DNA of 64,000 nt. Source: the human T2T-CHM13v2.0 reference genome, Homo sapiens. The notes beneath the pieces were generated by a model. That model was given only the letters and a program-made list of their open reading frames with translations. It was not told the DNA's origin and made no database searches. The first letter of the stretch is position 1. Each line of letters opens with the position of its first letter. Positions 1 to 12,579 of the stretch are shown here, in pieces. Made by a program: the position numbers and the translations under genes. The stretch lies in the NCBI RefSeq assembly GCF_009914755.1, contig NC_060936.1; one strand, given 5' to 3'.

Positions 1-938
1 ATCTGTATGAAATTCAATTTTCCTAGAGTTTTAAATATATATTTTACTTTGCTAAATATATTTTAAACTTTATATGTCCCACCAAGTGCATTATGTCATT
101 TAGTATTATTGGTTTTGTTGTATAAAAGTATTTTATTTAAAATGTTTTTCGGATTTTATGTATGTCAGATGGTTAAAAAGCCTTACATTTTGTTTGTTAT
201 TTTTATGAGGCTTGCTTTTACTTAAGATTTCTATTTGTGCTTATTTGCTCCTAATAATTTCTTAATTTTTGGTCTATAAGACATATTTATTTTCTAGTGA
301 TTTCTAATCTTTTCAATTTCTATACCATCATTTAAACATGATAAAATGTAGCCATCTTTTTTTGTGCCTTTGTTTTTTGTTCCTTCTCAACTGGGCTAAT
401 ATTGTCTACAATTGTAGTTCCACATCGTTGTGTACATTTTTGTTTTTTTGAAATCTTCCCTGCCCTTTTTTCTCTTACCTTTGCTTTTTAAGATAACAAT
501 AAACATTGTTAAATTTTTTGAACATCGTTAAATTCCAGCACCTTCTGAATTTATTTATCTTATTTATGTTTTTCTTCAAGGATAATTTCAAAAGGGTTTT
601 CTTTGTGCCTTGCACTTCTGAATCTTTTAGTTCTGTATATATCTTTATTGCACATTTACATAAATCATAATTCAGTTACTTCAAAGCAGTTTTCCTTCAA
701 TATTTCAAAACAATCACTGATGCTGAGCAGTTTGAACTACTTATTATTTATTGGTGATTCTTCCTTGTGGTTATAATTTTCTCATTCTTTTGATAGTCTT
801 AACTGGCATTCTCCTTTCCTTTTTCGTTTATCTTCAGTTATGTTTTATATTTTCTCTCCCTTCATCCTTTTCTGTTGACTTCTGAGTTATTTCTTCAATC
901 ATATCTTTTGATTCCTGCTAGTCATCCTTTTTTTTAAT
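1..938 (-). mobile_element. Ancient L1M fragment (antisense), interrupted by Tigger1 and apparently resuming at ~3336-3580
   Basis: Very T-rich degenerate sequence resembling antisense old L1; no diagnostic ORF; boundaries approximate. Confidence 0.5.
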
Positions 939-940
939 TA

Positions 941-3333
941 CAAGCATACCTCAAAGATAGGTATGCTAACTAAAGAAAGGTTTAGTTCCTGACCAATAAG
1001 ATGGAGCAAATATCTCAATTAAGTGAGTCAGCCAACATTTTGGTTTCCTGTTGCATTTAAAAATTATGTTTATACTATACTGCAGCCCATTAAGTATGCA
1101 ATATTCTTATGTCTAAAAACTGTACATATCTTAATTTAAAACATTTCTTGCTGAAAAATGCTAGTGATTATTTGCAACTTTAGCAAGTCATAATCATGTT
1201 GCTGGTGGATGGTTTTACTTCAATGTTGATGGCTTCTGACTTATCAGGGTGGTGGTTGTTGAAAGTTGGGGTGGCTGTGGCAATTTTTAAAATAAGGTAG
1301 CAATGATGTTTGCTGCATCAATGGACTCTTCCTTTTATGAAAGATTTCTCTGTGGCATGTGAGGTTATTCGATAGCATTTTACCTGCAGTAGAACTTTAA
1401 AATTGGAGTCAATTCTTTCAAACCCTTTTGCTGCTTTATCAACAAAGTTCATGTAATATTCTAAATCCTTTGTTGTCATTTCAACAATATTCACAACATC
1501 TTCACCAGGAGTAGATTCCATCTCAAGAAATCACTTTCTTTGCTCATCTGTAAGAAGCAACTTCTCATCTATTAAAGTGTTATTATGAGGTTACAGCAAT
1601 TTAGTCACATCTTCAGGTTCTACAGCTAATTCTAATTCTATCAAATCTGTCGTTGCCTCCTCTACTGAAGTTTTGAATTCCTCAAACTCATCCATGAGGT
1701 TTGGAAGCAACTTATTCCAAATTTTTATTAATGTTGATATTTTGACCTCCTCCCATGAATCACCAATGTTCTTAAGGGCATTTAGAAAGATGAATCTTTT
1801 CTAGAAGGTTTTCAATTTACTTGTGCTAGATCCATCAGAGGAATCACTAACTATTGCAGCCATAGCCTCACAAAATGTACTTCTTTAATAATAAGACTGA
1901 AAATCAGAATTAATCTTTGATCCGTGGGCTGCAGAATGGATATTGTGTTAGCAGGCATGAAAACACTAATCTACTTACACATCCATCAGAGCTCTTGGGT
2001 GATCAGGTGCATTGTCAATGAGTGGTAATATTTTGAAAGAAATTTTTTTTTTCTGAGCAGTAGGTCTTAACAGTGGACTTAAAATATTCAGTTAATAGTG
2101 CTATAAAAAGATGTGCTACCATTCAGCCTTCATTGTTTCATTTATAGATCATAGACAGAGTAGATTTAGCATAATTCTTAAGGCCCCTGGGATTTTCAGA
2201 ATAGTAAATGAGCATTAGCTTCAACTGAGTTACCATCTGCATTAGCCTCTAACAAGACAGCGAGCCCGTCCTTTGAAGCTTTCAAGCCAGGCATTGGCTT
2301 CTCCTCTCTAGCTGTGAAAGTCCTAGATGGCACCATCTTCCAACAGAAGGCTGTTTGATATACATTGAAAATTTGTTATCTACAGTAGCCAACTTTATTA
2401 ATGATCTTAGCCAGATCTTCTACATAACTTGCCGAAGCTTCTACATCAGCACTGGTTACCTCAACTTGCACTTTATGTTATTAACATGGCATCTCTCCTT
2501 AAACCTCATGAACTAGTTCTGCTAGCTTCCAACTTTTCTTCTGCAGCTTTTAAAAATAAAATCTCTCTCAGCCATCATGCAATTGAAGAGAATTAGGGCC
2601 TTGCCCTGGATTAAGCTTTGGCTTCAGGGGACATTGTAGCTGGTTTGATCTTCTATTCAGACCACTAAAACTTTCTCCATATCAGCAATTAGGCTGTTTG
2701 GCTTTCTTATCATTCATGTGTTGACTGGAGTAGCACTTTTAATTTCCTTCAAGAACTTTTCGTTTGCATTCACACCTGTTTGGCATAAGAGGCCTAGGTT
2801 TGGCCTATCTTGGCTTTCCATATGCCTTCCTCACTGAACTTAATCATTTCTAGATTTTGACTTAAAGTGCGAGATGTGCAACTCTTTTTTTTTTTTACTT
2901 GAACTCTCAGAGGCCATTGTAAGTTCATTTATTCAATATTTCAATATTGTGTTTCATGCCCTAAGAAGAGGGAGGGATATGGGGAGATGGCTCACAGGTG
3001 GAGCAATCAGAACCCACAGTACACCATCTTGTATGGGCGCAGTTCACTGTGGCCCAAAAGAATTGCAATAGTAACATCAGAGATTACTAATCACAGATCA
3101 CAGCAGATATAATAATAATAAAACAGTTGGAAATATTGTGAGAATTATAAAAGTGTAACACAGAGGCAGGAAGTGAATGCATGCTGTTGGGAAAATTATG
3201 TTGATAGACTTTTTTGATGCAGGGTTTCTGCAAACATCCAAGTTGTAAAACAGCAACAACAACAAACAACAACAAAAAAATGCAGTATCTGTGAAGCTCA
3301 ATAAAGTGAAGTGCAATAAAACAGGTATACATG
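941..3333 (-). mobile_element. Full-length Tigger1 DNA transposon (TcMar-Tigger) with a decayed transposase
   Basis: Ends CAAGCATACCTC (941) and AGGTATACATG (3333) match the Tigger1 TIR CAGGCATACCTC; TA at 939-940 and 3334-3335; ~2.4 kb; ORF 1318-1521(-) [23 protein letters not shown]...FERIDSNF is the Tigger1/TIGD1 transposase C-terminal part. Confidence 0.95.
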
Positions 3334-4090
3334 TATTTATTTCAACCATCATATTTTTTCCCTAAAATTTATTCTGTATTATTCCTATAGCATTTATAAA
3401 ATCTCTTCTTTAATCCATTTGAGAAATTCATTTTGATGATTTTAAATATTTGACTGGTCCTTTTCAATACTACTACTTGATGTGGTCTATGCATTCCATT
3501 TGTTATCTGCTTTTAATAGTGATCCTTCACATTGAATGGCTAATTACTTTGCCTATGAGTTCACATTATCTTAGATGTATCAGATCCCTGGCCGATATTG
3601 TATGCTGGGGTTACACATTCTTCTGATAAGTTTAAGGAGAGGTGAGGAAATGTACCTCATGGCAGTGGATCCCAGGCAGTCCAGAGTACCTACATCATAA
3701 TTCAATGTCGTTCTGCCAGACAACTTATCACGTAGTGGATTCCACCACAATCTCTTTGAAAGGAGTACCACTGAGAGTACAGTAGCTCCTAGGTTTAAAA
3801 ATCCACAATAAGTTAGGATTTGGAGTGGGGAGAATGAGTGAGTACTTATGGTCAGTGGGTGAAAATTTGTCTACATAAACTCTCATCTAGTTTTTATCTG
3901 CCTAGTCTACCTTAGGTGGTTGAATTTTTTTCCTCTTGATTTCTCCCTCATAGTAGCAATGGAACAAGCAATGAGTCTCCCAAGGACAGGTGGGAGAGAG
4001 CCAAAAGTAACACTTAAAAATGATTCAACATTCCTTTCTTCCCCTCTTGCTTTTATTGTCACACCTAAAACTCTGTCCTCACTCGCAAAT

Positions 4091-4107
4091 CTCTCCTCTC
4101 TCTCTCT

Positions 4108-4150
<43 letters not shown>

Positions 4151-4157
4151 AGAGAGA
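4091..4157. repeat. Compound (CT)n-(CA)n-(GA)n microsatellite
   Basis: Directly visible. Confidence 0.97.
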
Positions 4158-4158
4158 A

Positions 4159-5170
4159 TATTGTCAGAGTTCTCCAGAGGAAAAGAATCAATAGGCTGTG
4201 TAGATAAATAGAGAAAAAGATTTATTACAAGGAGTTCACTCACACAATTATGGACGCTGACAAGACCAAAGAGCTGAAGGGTGACTTGGCAAGTGGGAAT
4301 TTCAGGACAGTCAATGGTGTCTGTCAATGGTGACCTAGTCAATGCTCTGAAAACCTGGAAACCAATAGTGTGTGTATTAGTCAGGGTTCTCTAGAGGGAC
4401 AGAATTAATAGGATAGATGTGTATATAAAGGGGAGTTTATTAGGGAGTATTAACTCACACGATCACAAGGTGAGGTTCCACATTAGGCCGTCTGCAAGCT
4501 GAGGAGCAAGGAAGCCAGTCCAAGTCCCAAAACTGAAGAACTTGGAGTCTGACATTCCAGGACAGAAAGCATCCAGCATGGGAGAAAGATGCAGGCTGGG
4601 AGGCTTAGCCAGTCTAATCTTTCTACGTTCTTCTGCCTGCTTTCTATTCTGGTTGTGCTGGCAGCTGATTAGATTGTGCCCACCCAGACTGAGGGTGGGT
4701 CTCCCTTTCCCAGTCCACTGACTCAAATATTAGTCTCCTTTGGCAACACCCTCACAGACACACCCAGGAATAATACTTGGCATCCTTCAATCCAATCAAG
4801 TTGACACTCAACATTAACCATCACAGTGTGGTTTCGGTTCAGAGACCAGCAAGCTCAAGACACAGGAAGAGCTCATGTTTCAGTTTAGGGCTGAAGGTAG
4901 GAAAAAGCCTATGTCCTAATTCAAAGGCAATCAGGCAGTAGAAATTTTCTCTTATTCAGAGGAGTATAAGCCTTTTTGTTCCATTCAGGCCTTCAGCTGG
5001 TTAAATGAGGCCCACCCACATTAGGGAGGCCAATCTGCTTTACTCAGTCAATACACTTAAATATTAATTTCATCCAAATACAACCTCATGGAAACATTCA
5101 GAATAATGTTTTACCAAATATCTGGGCATCCTATGGCTCCTTAAGTTGACACATAAAATTAACCATCACA
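4159..5170 (-). mobile_element. MLT2B-type ERVL solo LTR, split by an MLT2A insertion
   Basis: Starts TATTGTCAGAGTTCTCCAGAG; contains GAGGCCCACCCACATTAGGGAGG; ends AAGTTGACACATAAAATTAACCATCACA. Confidence 0.88.
4373..4825 (-). mobile_element. MLT2A (HERV-L) solo LTR
   Basis: TGTATTAGTCAGGGTTCTCTAGAGGGACAG...ATTAACCATCACA; 453 bp; perfect 5-bp TSD GTGTG (4368-4372 and 4826-4830). Confidence 0.95.
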
Positions 5171-5389
5171 CACATCACACATACACATCCCAATCCAAGG
5201 CAATCTCAATGTCCCCCAAGGCGTTCAGTTAGTTTTAATGCCAGTTGATTATATGTATGTTTCTACCTCTCTTTTCTAATGTCTGCAGGGTTGATTTTGG
5301 GATAGGAATCCAGTAGTACATGTCAATTTTCCATCTTATCAGAATATTCCTATTCATAATTCTTATTTATATTGCCACCAATACCTTTC

Positions 5390-5630
5390 TTGTGTATTGG
5401 AGAAAATTGCTTCTCTTCTACAAAACTAACTTCTATTGTGTCCATCTCTTTTCACAGTCCCCATTACATTTCCCACTGCATTGACTAATTAAGGACCTGC
5501 ACTTCATGCGTATCTATGTTAACATGTATTTATTTCTATTTCATCTGGATCAGTAAGAATATTTCTTTTATAGGAACAAGATAAATATTGGATGAGCAGA
5601 TAAATGAATGAATAATGAATGGATGAAATG
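5390..5630 (+). mobile_element. L2 3' end fragment
   Basis: Ends AAATATTGGATGAGCAGATAAATGAATGAATAATGAATGGATGAA, an L2-type tail. Confidence 0.5.
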
Positions 5631-6489
5631 ATCACTGAGAACAAATCCTTAATGCAGAAATTGTGAAACACTATGCAAATGAGAAAGAAATGCATTTCAT
5701 GAATGGTGCTAGAAAGTACTATAGTTAAGCTGTGAAGCATTATAAAATACTTTCTAGTTTTAAAACACAAGATTAAACAACGGAAATTTCTAGTTCTTCC
5801 GATCACTTATTATGTCTCATTGTAGTTCCAAGTAATTCTCATTTATTTTATTTCAGTTGTGTGTGTGTGTGTGTGTGTTTCCGTTCAATTTTTAACATGC
5901 TTCAACTAGATTTGGCTAGTGTTTATATGCTGGATACTGAGAGAGACTCTTAGGAAATTATACTATGACTTGGTAAGTCCCTAGATGATTCAAAGATTCA
6001 TTTTCACCTTAATTGAACAGACTTTCTTTTTCTTTCTTCTCCCCCTCCTTTGCTCCCCTTCTACCTGCACTTTTTTCTTTCTTTTCTTTTTTTTATTTTT
6101 CAGCAGGGAGAAGTGGGAGTGCTAAATTGTTTTTGGAGCATTCAGTTCCCTTTGGGGAATTAACCAGCATGCTTGACTTCTAAGAACTCTTAGAGTAAAA
6201 CGATTTGACAGAATGCAAATTTAACCCTACTTTGATAGCTTCCGTTGTGTGATTTTCTCATAAGCCAAGATCACATTTGATATTAGTTTAGTTTAAAAAC
6301 AATTTTCTTATGAAATTGAAAGAACATAAGCAATGAAATTTGAAGGAGAAGCGACATTTTTAGTTCACTTAACCTGGCAGGTTTGTGTAACTCTTTCATT
6401 GCTAATTTTACATTTATCCGAGATTCTTTTTAAATTTATCTCATAAGAATATTCATCTTTTAAACAAGAAGTTTATTTTTTTAAAATAT

Positions 6490-7960
6490 TCATTTCATAT
6501 TTGTTGAACAACTGCTATATGCCAATGTACCAGGCTTTCTTTTAGGACCTGGGATACAGCTAACAAAAAAACATTTCACAGCACATTCTTGTTGTTTATT
6601 CTTAATTTTATTTTGATTTTATTTATTTATCTCAATTAAATGTACAAACAAAGCATAATAAAAGAAAAAATACAAATGAATATATATTGATATAGCCCAG
6701 GTACACTAATGAATTATTATTCACAATTTTCCTAGATTTCTACTTATAGCTTCCAGGTAACACTTTTGCAGTATTACTACTAAGGATTTTCTTTTTCACG
6801 ATTCCAGGAAAATATGCCTAAAACAAATTTGCACTTCTAATTTTATCATCTAAACTTGATTTTCTTCATTTCATGGCTGAAACATATATCATTTCAATCA
6901 AATTATTGCTATGAATTTTTATTTATTTACATTGAAAACACTTTCATCAAATAATTTTTCCTTTGTCATCATTCTTAGTATTCTCAGAAGAAAATTTTCA
7001 TCCATTCAACATTCAGCAAATATTTATTGATCTTTTCTAACATGCTGAGTGCTAGAGATAGGGAAATAAAAAGACAAGATGTGTAATCAAATCACAGCTA
7101 TAATTCTAAAAGTTGTGAAAAGACTTGTAACCCTAGACTTCTAAGATTAATAAGTAACAAACAACACAGGCTCAAGTGTAGAAAATTAAAAGTTGTACAT
7201 GATTGTGTTGTTTATTATCTTATAATAAAATATAGAATCTAATGTTGTCTTGTACTTAGAGACATTATTCAGATACTACTCTAGGGGTATTTCAGGGTAG
7301 CCTTGGTTTTTCAATAGCCCTTGAGTCATAAGAACTATATAGGAAAATTGAAAATATAGAGTCTGTATGATATCTTTTAAAGAAGTTATTTCCACCCTGC
7401 TGCAAATACACACACACACACACACATAACACCTTCTTAAAATGGACCTGATGGTTTCTTGGCTCCACTAAAATTATTTGAGCTTCTAATCAGTGAAACT
7501 ACAAACTCTGAGTTCCCAAAGTCTGGGAACTCAGCCTCTTCCAACAGGAAAAAGGCATTTCTAATAGAACAAGCTATTTGCTTTTCTTGATATTTGCACT
7601 GAAGAAATGATGACCAATAAGGAGAAATCTATCAAATATTTACTCAGTGTTTACAATATAAAAAGCACTCTTGTAGGTACTGTGCGTGATAAAACAGACA
7701 AGGCAGGCCCTGTCCTCAAGCATTTTATTATCTACTTAGGCAAGCTGTGACATATGATGTGCCTCATTCAGAAGAGGTTTTCCAGAAAAACTTGATCGAA
7801 GAGGTGAAACAAGGTGTTCTTGCAGGATAGGTACTCTTCATACTCTTAAGTTCATTGAGGGAAGGAAATACATTGCATACGTCTTTCTCTTTCCCTGTTG
7901 CAGAGAACAGTGCTTGGCACTCAATAGAAACTCAACAGATATTTTCTAACTAAACCTAAT
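6490..7960. mobile_element. Several short L2 3'-end fragments (~6490-6565 -, ~7000-7080 -, ~7630-7730 -, ~7850-7960 +)
   Basis: CAGCAAATATTTATTGA, AAATATTTACTCAGTG and AGTGCTTGGCAC...CTCAACAGATATTT motifs. Confidence 0.55.
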
Positions 7961-8024
7961 GAAACAGGAAAGAAAAAAAAACAGTAAAAGGAAGTATTTC
8001 AGGAAAAGATGTGAATAAATAAAA

Positions 8025-8290
8025 GATAATGATAACAATTATTATTAAAGCTAACATTTATGAGTTGCTGTTTTAAGTTTTTAAATGTATCGGCTCATTT
8101 AATTTTCACAAGAGCCTTATTGAAATAATCGCTATCATGATGCCAATAGTGTACAGAAGGAGAAACAAAGGCATAAAAAAGTTAACTACCTTGTCCACAG
8201 TCATGCAGCTAGCTAGCAGCTGAAGCAGGACTTAATCCCAGGAAATCTGGCTTCAGCATCTATGCTCTTAACCAGTCCACAATAATGTTT
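8025..8290 (-). mobile_element. MIR SINE
   Basis: GCTAACATTTATGAG...GAGAAACAAAGGCATAAAAAAGTTAACTACCTTGTCCACAGTCATGCAGCTAG...GCTCTTAACCA core. Confidence 0.85.
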
Positions 8291-8789
8291 CTCAAAGCAC
8301 TGTGAATAATATAAAAAAAGATATGACATGATCATTGCCTTCAAAGAGCTTAAACTGTAACTGGAGAAAATTGTGTAATTCTGGCCATTTATATAGCCAA
8401 ATAGTAATAAAGACATTAAAATTAAAACTGTTGCCGCTAACCTTGGAATGAAGAGCAAGGGCATAAATGATCCAATTAGAGAAAGACAAGATTACTGAAG
8501 CCTGGAGTACCCTGGGAAGACTTCCTGGAGGAAGAGGAACTCATATTAGTCCTGGGAATGTTAGTAAGATTAGAACAGTTAAAAAGGAAGCATATCCCAA
8601 AGAGAAGAAATGCTATGAACTAAAGGAGGGTGACTCTAATCAACAAAAGGGTATGCTCTGGAGAAAATTTATAGACCAGATTGTCGGGAATGATGCTTCT
8701 GTATTTGAGAATATTGGTTAATTGTCAAAAAGGAGAGACTGAAGCATATGGTAAAGGTGCCTGACTGACAAGCTGAAGCTTTGGCCCTT

Positions 8790-9180
8790 CTCGATTTTTC
8801 AGGTCTAGTGGCACTTGAATCTTTAGCACAACAGGGAGCCTCTGTGCCCAGGGTTCAGTGGCTTCCAGGAATTCTTCCCAGAATAAACCTCAACATTCTG
8901 CAGTCTTCATGGGTGCTGGCGCAAGTTGCTTTTCAAGTTCTTCATACTCTACTGACCTCAGACTTCTTCTCAGCCCGAGGAAAACAGCTTCCTCTTCCTC
9001 CTGGCCATTCACCAAGACACACCATTCTCTTCTCTCCTTGTCCAGGGCGCTTAGCATGGTCACTTCCAAAGTTTGTGCATTTTCAAAAGAAAATGAAGAC
9101 ATCCTTCCATGCTGTTGCAAACATGCCCTGAGGCAAGAAATCACAAAGGCTCTTTGGAAAACAGGAATAAGTGACTGCAG
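8790..9180 (-). other. GC-richer unique island: candidate exon and/or decayed PNMA-like (Gypsy gag-derived) sequence
   Basis: Minus-strand acceptor TTTATTCTGTTTCACTTTCTGTCATACCTGCAG with exon start at 9174; frame open from 9174 to 8890; weak PNMA-like motifs (see findings). Confidence 0.3.
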
Positions 9181-11164
9181 GTATGACAGAAAGTGAAACA
9201 GAATAAATGAAAATTAACGCCCCACAGATGTATTTATCCACAAATTTTATCATAAGGTGACTTGTTGGTAGTCACATAAAAAGTAGAAAAAAAACCCCTC
9301 TGAATCAAGTATTTTAAAGTATTCCTGGGTATCTTTCCTCTAAGTCTCAGATTATCCACACAGGGTCCACATAGTTTTAAGAATAGTTGGCATGCCTAGG
9401 CTTAACTCTGTGGGACAGTAAATTTTTTTAAAAAAAAGCTTTTGCCTGCTCTTGGAAGACAATATTGTGTTCAATATAGTGCAGTGCTCCACAGCTTGTA
9501 AAATCAACTATGTGGCACAAATCTGAAGACGTCTTCAAAAGATATATGGCAAGAAAGATATGTTGCCGGCTTTAGTCATCTTTGCCATTTCTCTTATGGA
9601 ATTTCACTATAGTGGCTGGACATGTGCAACCCACATCCTGTCTGGCCTTAATGTGATTTTTCTACAAAAGGAGAGGAGGACAAAAGTAAAAGCAAAATAT
9701 GCTTTACAATGAAAAATGCAACCCTCAGCCACTGGGATAAAATTACATTGACAGTGGGGGAGTTATTTTCTTCCTTCAAAGAACGATGTTTGATGTTCCA
9801 ACTAGACTCTATGGTGATGAAGCTCATAATTTGGGAGCTGAATCAGATTCGAATTTAGAAAAGGGGTTTCAGACGTTGCTTAGCAGGGTGATTTTAGGGG
9901 TTAACATATGAATAGAGATTACATTATAACTCATCTGCCCTGTGTTTGTTGGACACAGCTTATATGACCTATTCCTGATGGTTGCTCATAGAAGGATATT
10001 TAAATTCTGTTGTAATTCTTCCTTACAAAATCTGTGACATTCTAATAGATAGAAAATGTTTAAATCTTGTCTAGTTTCTGCTTCGTTTCCTTCTTTATGT
10101 TGATTTCTTCCTATTTATCTCTTTTGTGCATCACACATATTTCACTATAAACTCGATTTTTGTGGGTGAAAGGCCACAACTAACTGTTTGCATGTCTTAT
10201 CTTTGCCCTAGAGAGTGGTAACTCACAAATGAGCTGGCTGCACCTACTGTACATAAAACAGCAACATCACTTTGATCTCTCCCTTAATGTGCTAGGTTTA
10301 GATTACTTTGTGAGCAAAGGGGGTGAAAGGTGGCAGGATACTATTTTAACTAACTACTGGGGGCAGTATTTATTCGTGGTGCAGATTTTTAATGGGAAAG
10401 ATGGAACATGAAAGCCTGTCAAATGTATAGCTCAAAGAGTCTGACAACACAGAATATTTTATAGATGAAAGGTGAAGAATCTCCAACTTCTTAGTGTAAT
10501 ATAAATTGTATGGGAAAAGTAAGACATGTAAAAAAAAAAAGCCAGATAGAAAACTATCTATATTCTGCTATGATTGCATAGAACCCTGTCACAAAACCAG
10601 AGGACTATTTTAGAGTTGCATTTATTGGATATAAAGTATGACATGGGCAACATTAAAAATGTACACTTTTAGAAAGATTCTCATTGCACTTATAATTAAT
10701 GTAATATTGTTTTATTAAGAATAGGTATTTTGGAAAGTATCTATTCCAATGTGGTAAGAAGATGGAAACCCAGAAAAAAATGTGCCAGGAAAATGTCTTC
10801 TATGTTTGGAGTAGTGGCTTTATCTTGAACTTCCAGTCAGACTCTAATTATGTTTAATTCAAAGATTGCTTGAAAATTCTACCTTTACCTTTGATGAGGT
10901 CTTCAGCTGTTCTTTCTTGATTCACCATAGCCTTGCCCTAGAGCATTGATTGTCAATCTTTCTGTCCCCAAACACTGGTGGTGCCTGATATACTCCTGTC
11001 ACTTATAGTGGCTCCTTATGGTAATATTTCTCAAGGTGGAGGGGTAGAAGGTGCATGAAAACTTCTGGAGTAACTTATGTGTTTTAAAGAACTCTCCAAG
11101 CTGATTTAGGTATACCCACAATTTTCCAACATGGACCTAGGAATCATTACTGTTAAATTATTTA

Positions 11165-11610
11165 GCCCTTTGTAATCTGGCCATAACCTGCTTCATTAAT
11201 TAAATCAACAATTAGAAACCTTACTCATATTTTCTGAATCTCACCTTTTTATATATTATTTCATCTATCTGGAATATCAAGTCCTACCCCACCTCCACTT
11301 AACTCCCTCTCCAGCACTCTCCTGTTTCATTTTAACATCAAAGCTCAAAATTGGCTCTTCAGCAAAGCCTTTTCTATCAGCTCCCAGAAAATGTAGTTGT
11401 TCTCATCCTGGATATTTCCACAGCAACATTAAAATGACTCTGGAGGTGCATTTATGGTGTGATGTTCTAACTTTCCTGGTTAAATAGCTGTCTTCTCAAC
11501 TCAACCAACAGACTGGGGGTTAGGATATTTATTCATCTTTGTAATTCCTAATTTAAATAGAGTAGAAGTTCAGATACAATGGTGAACACATTGTAAGTGA
11601 TGAATAAATG
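11165..11610 (+). mobile_element. L2 3' region
   Basis: GCCCTTTGTAATCTGGCC...TTCAGCAAAGCCTTTTCT...TTCATCTTTGTA...GAATAAATGA. Confidence 0.7.
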
Positions 11611-11689
11611 ATTGCTTGTATGCATGTGTATTTTTCATGTTATATTAAGAAATGTGTGTGTACACACACACACACACACACACACATAC

Positions 11690-12575
11690 ACAGTAAAGCG
11701 TATAAACCTTGGGTATAGAGTTTAATAATTTTTATATTTGGATACTCCATGTGACAGCCACTCAATAATTCCAACTTCTTAGAGGTTTCCTCATGCTCCT
11801 TTCTAGCCAATACCTTCTCCCTGCCACTAGAGGTAACTTCTTTTTTGATTTTCATGGAATGAATTAGATTAGTTTTGCTGGTCCTGAACTCCATGTGGAC
11901 TCTATAAATGGAGTCAGATAGCATTTACTGTTTTTTGTCTAACTCAACATAATGTTTTTGAGATTTATATATGCTGTTACATGTATCAGTAGTTCATTCT
12001 TTTGCATTCTGGTGTGGAATTCCATTGCACAACTATGCCATAATTTATTTATCCATTCTCTTCTTCATGAGCACAAAAGCTATTCAGTTTTCAATTATTA
12101 GGAATAAATTACTACCAATAGTTTTGTACCTATTATTGTTTGTGGACTTTATATTATTTTTTCTTAAGTGTACACCTAAGCATTGGATTGTTGAGTTATA
12201 GAATTGGTTTTTATTTACTGAAAGTGGCTGTGCCCATTTATGTACTCAAAAGCTAAATATGAGAGTTCTAGTTTCTCCAGATCATTGCCAAAAATTGCTA
12301 TTGTCTGCCATTATTTTTAGCCATTCTGGTGGTTATATAATAGTATCTCACTATAGATTGAATTTGCTTTTCTTTAATAAATAATAATGTTAGTAAATTA
12401 GTCATTATTAGCTATTTGGATATTATCTTTGGTAAACCACCTCTTTAATTCTTTTACATACTTCTTATTTTTTTCCTACTGATTTGTTGGAAATCTATAT
12501 ATTTGGATACAATTCCTTTGACACCTGTATAAACTACACATACATCTTTTCTCAGGTACAGATTGCCTTTCTTTC
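11690..12575 (-). mobile_element. Old L1M (L1MD/L1ME-type) 3' region
   Basis: ATAAATGGAGTCAGATAGC, CTCAACATAATGTTTTTGAGATT and TTTTAGCCATTCTGGTGG antisense L1 motifs. Confidence 0.8.
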
Positions 12576-12579
12576 TTGT

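Noticed and set aside
9524-9537. 14-bp palindrome TGAAGACGTCTTCA
   Set aside because: Several palindromes of this length are expected by chance in 64 kb
11653-11690. (TG)n(CA)n palindrome
   Set aside because: Common microsatellite configuration at an L1 tail
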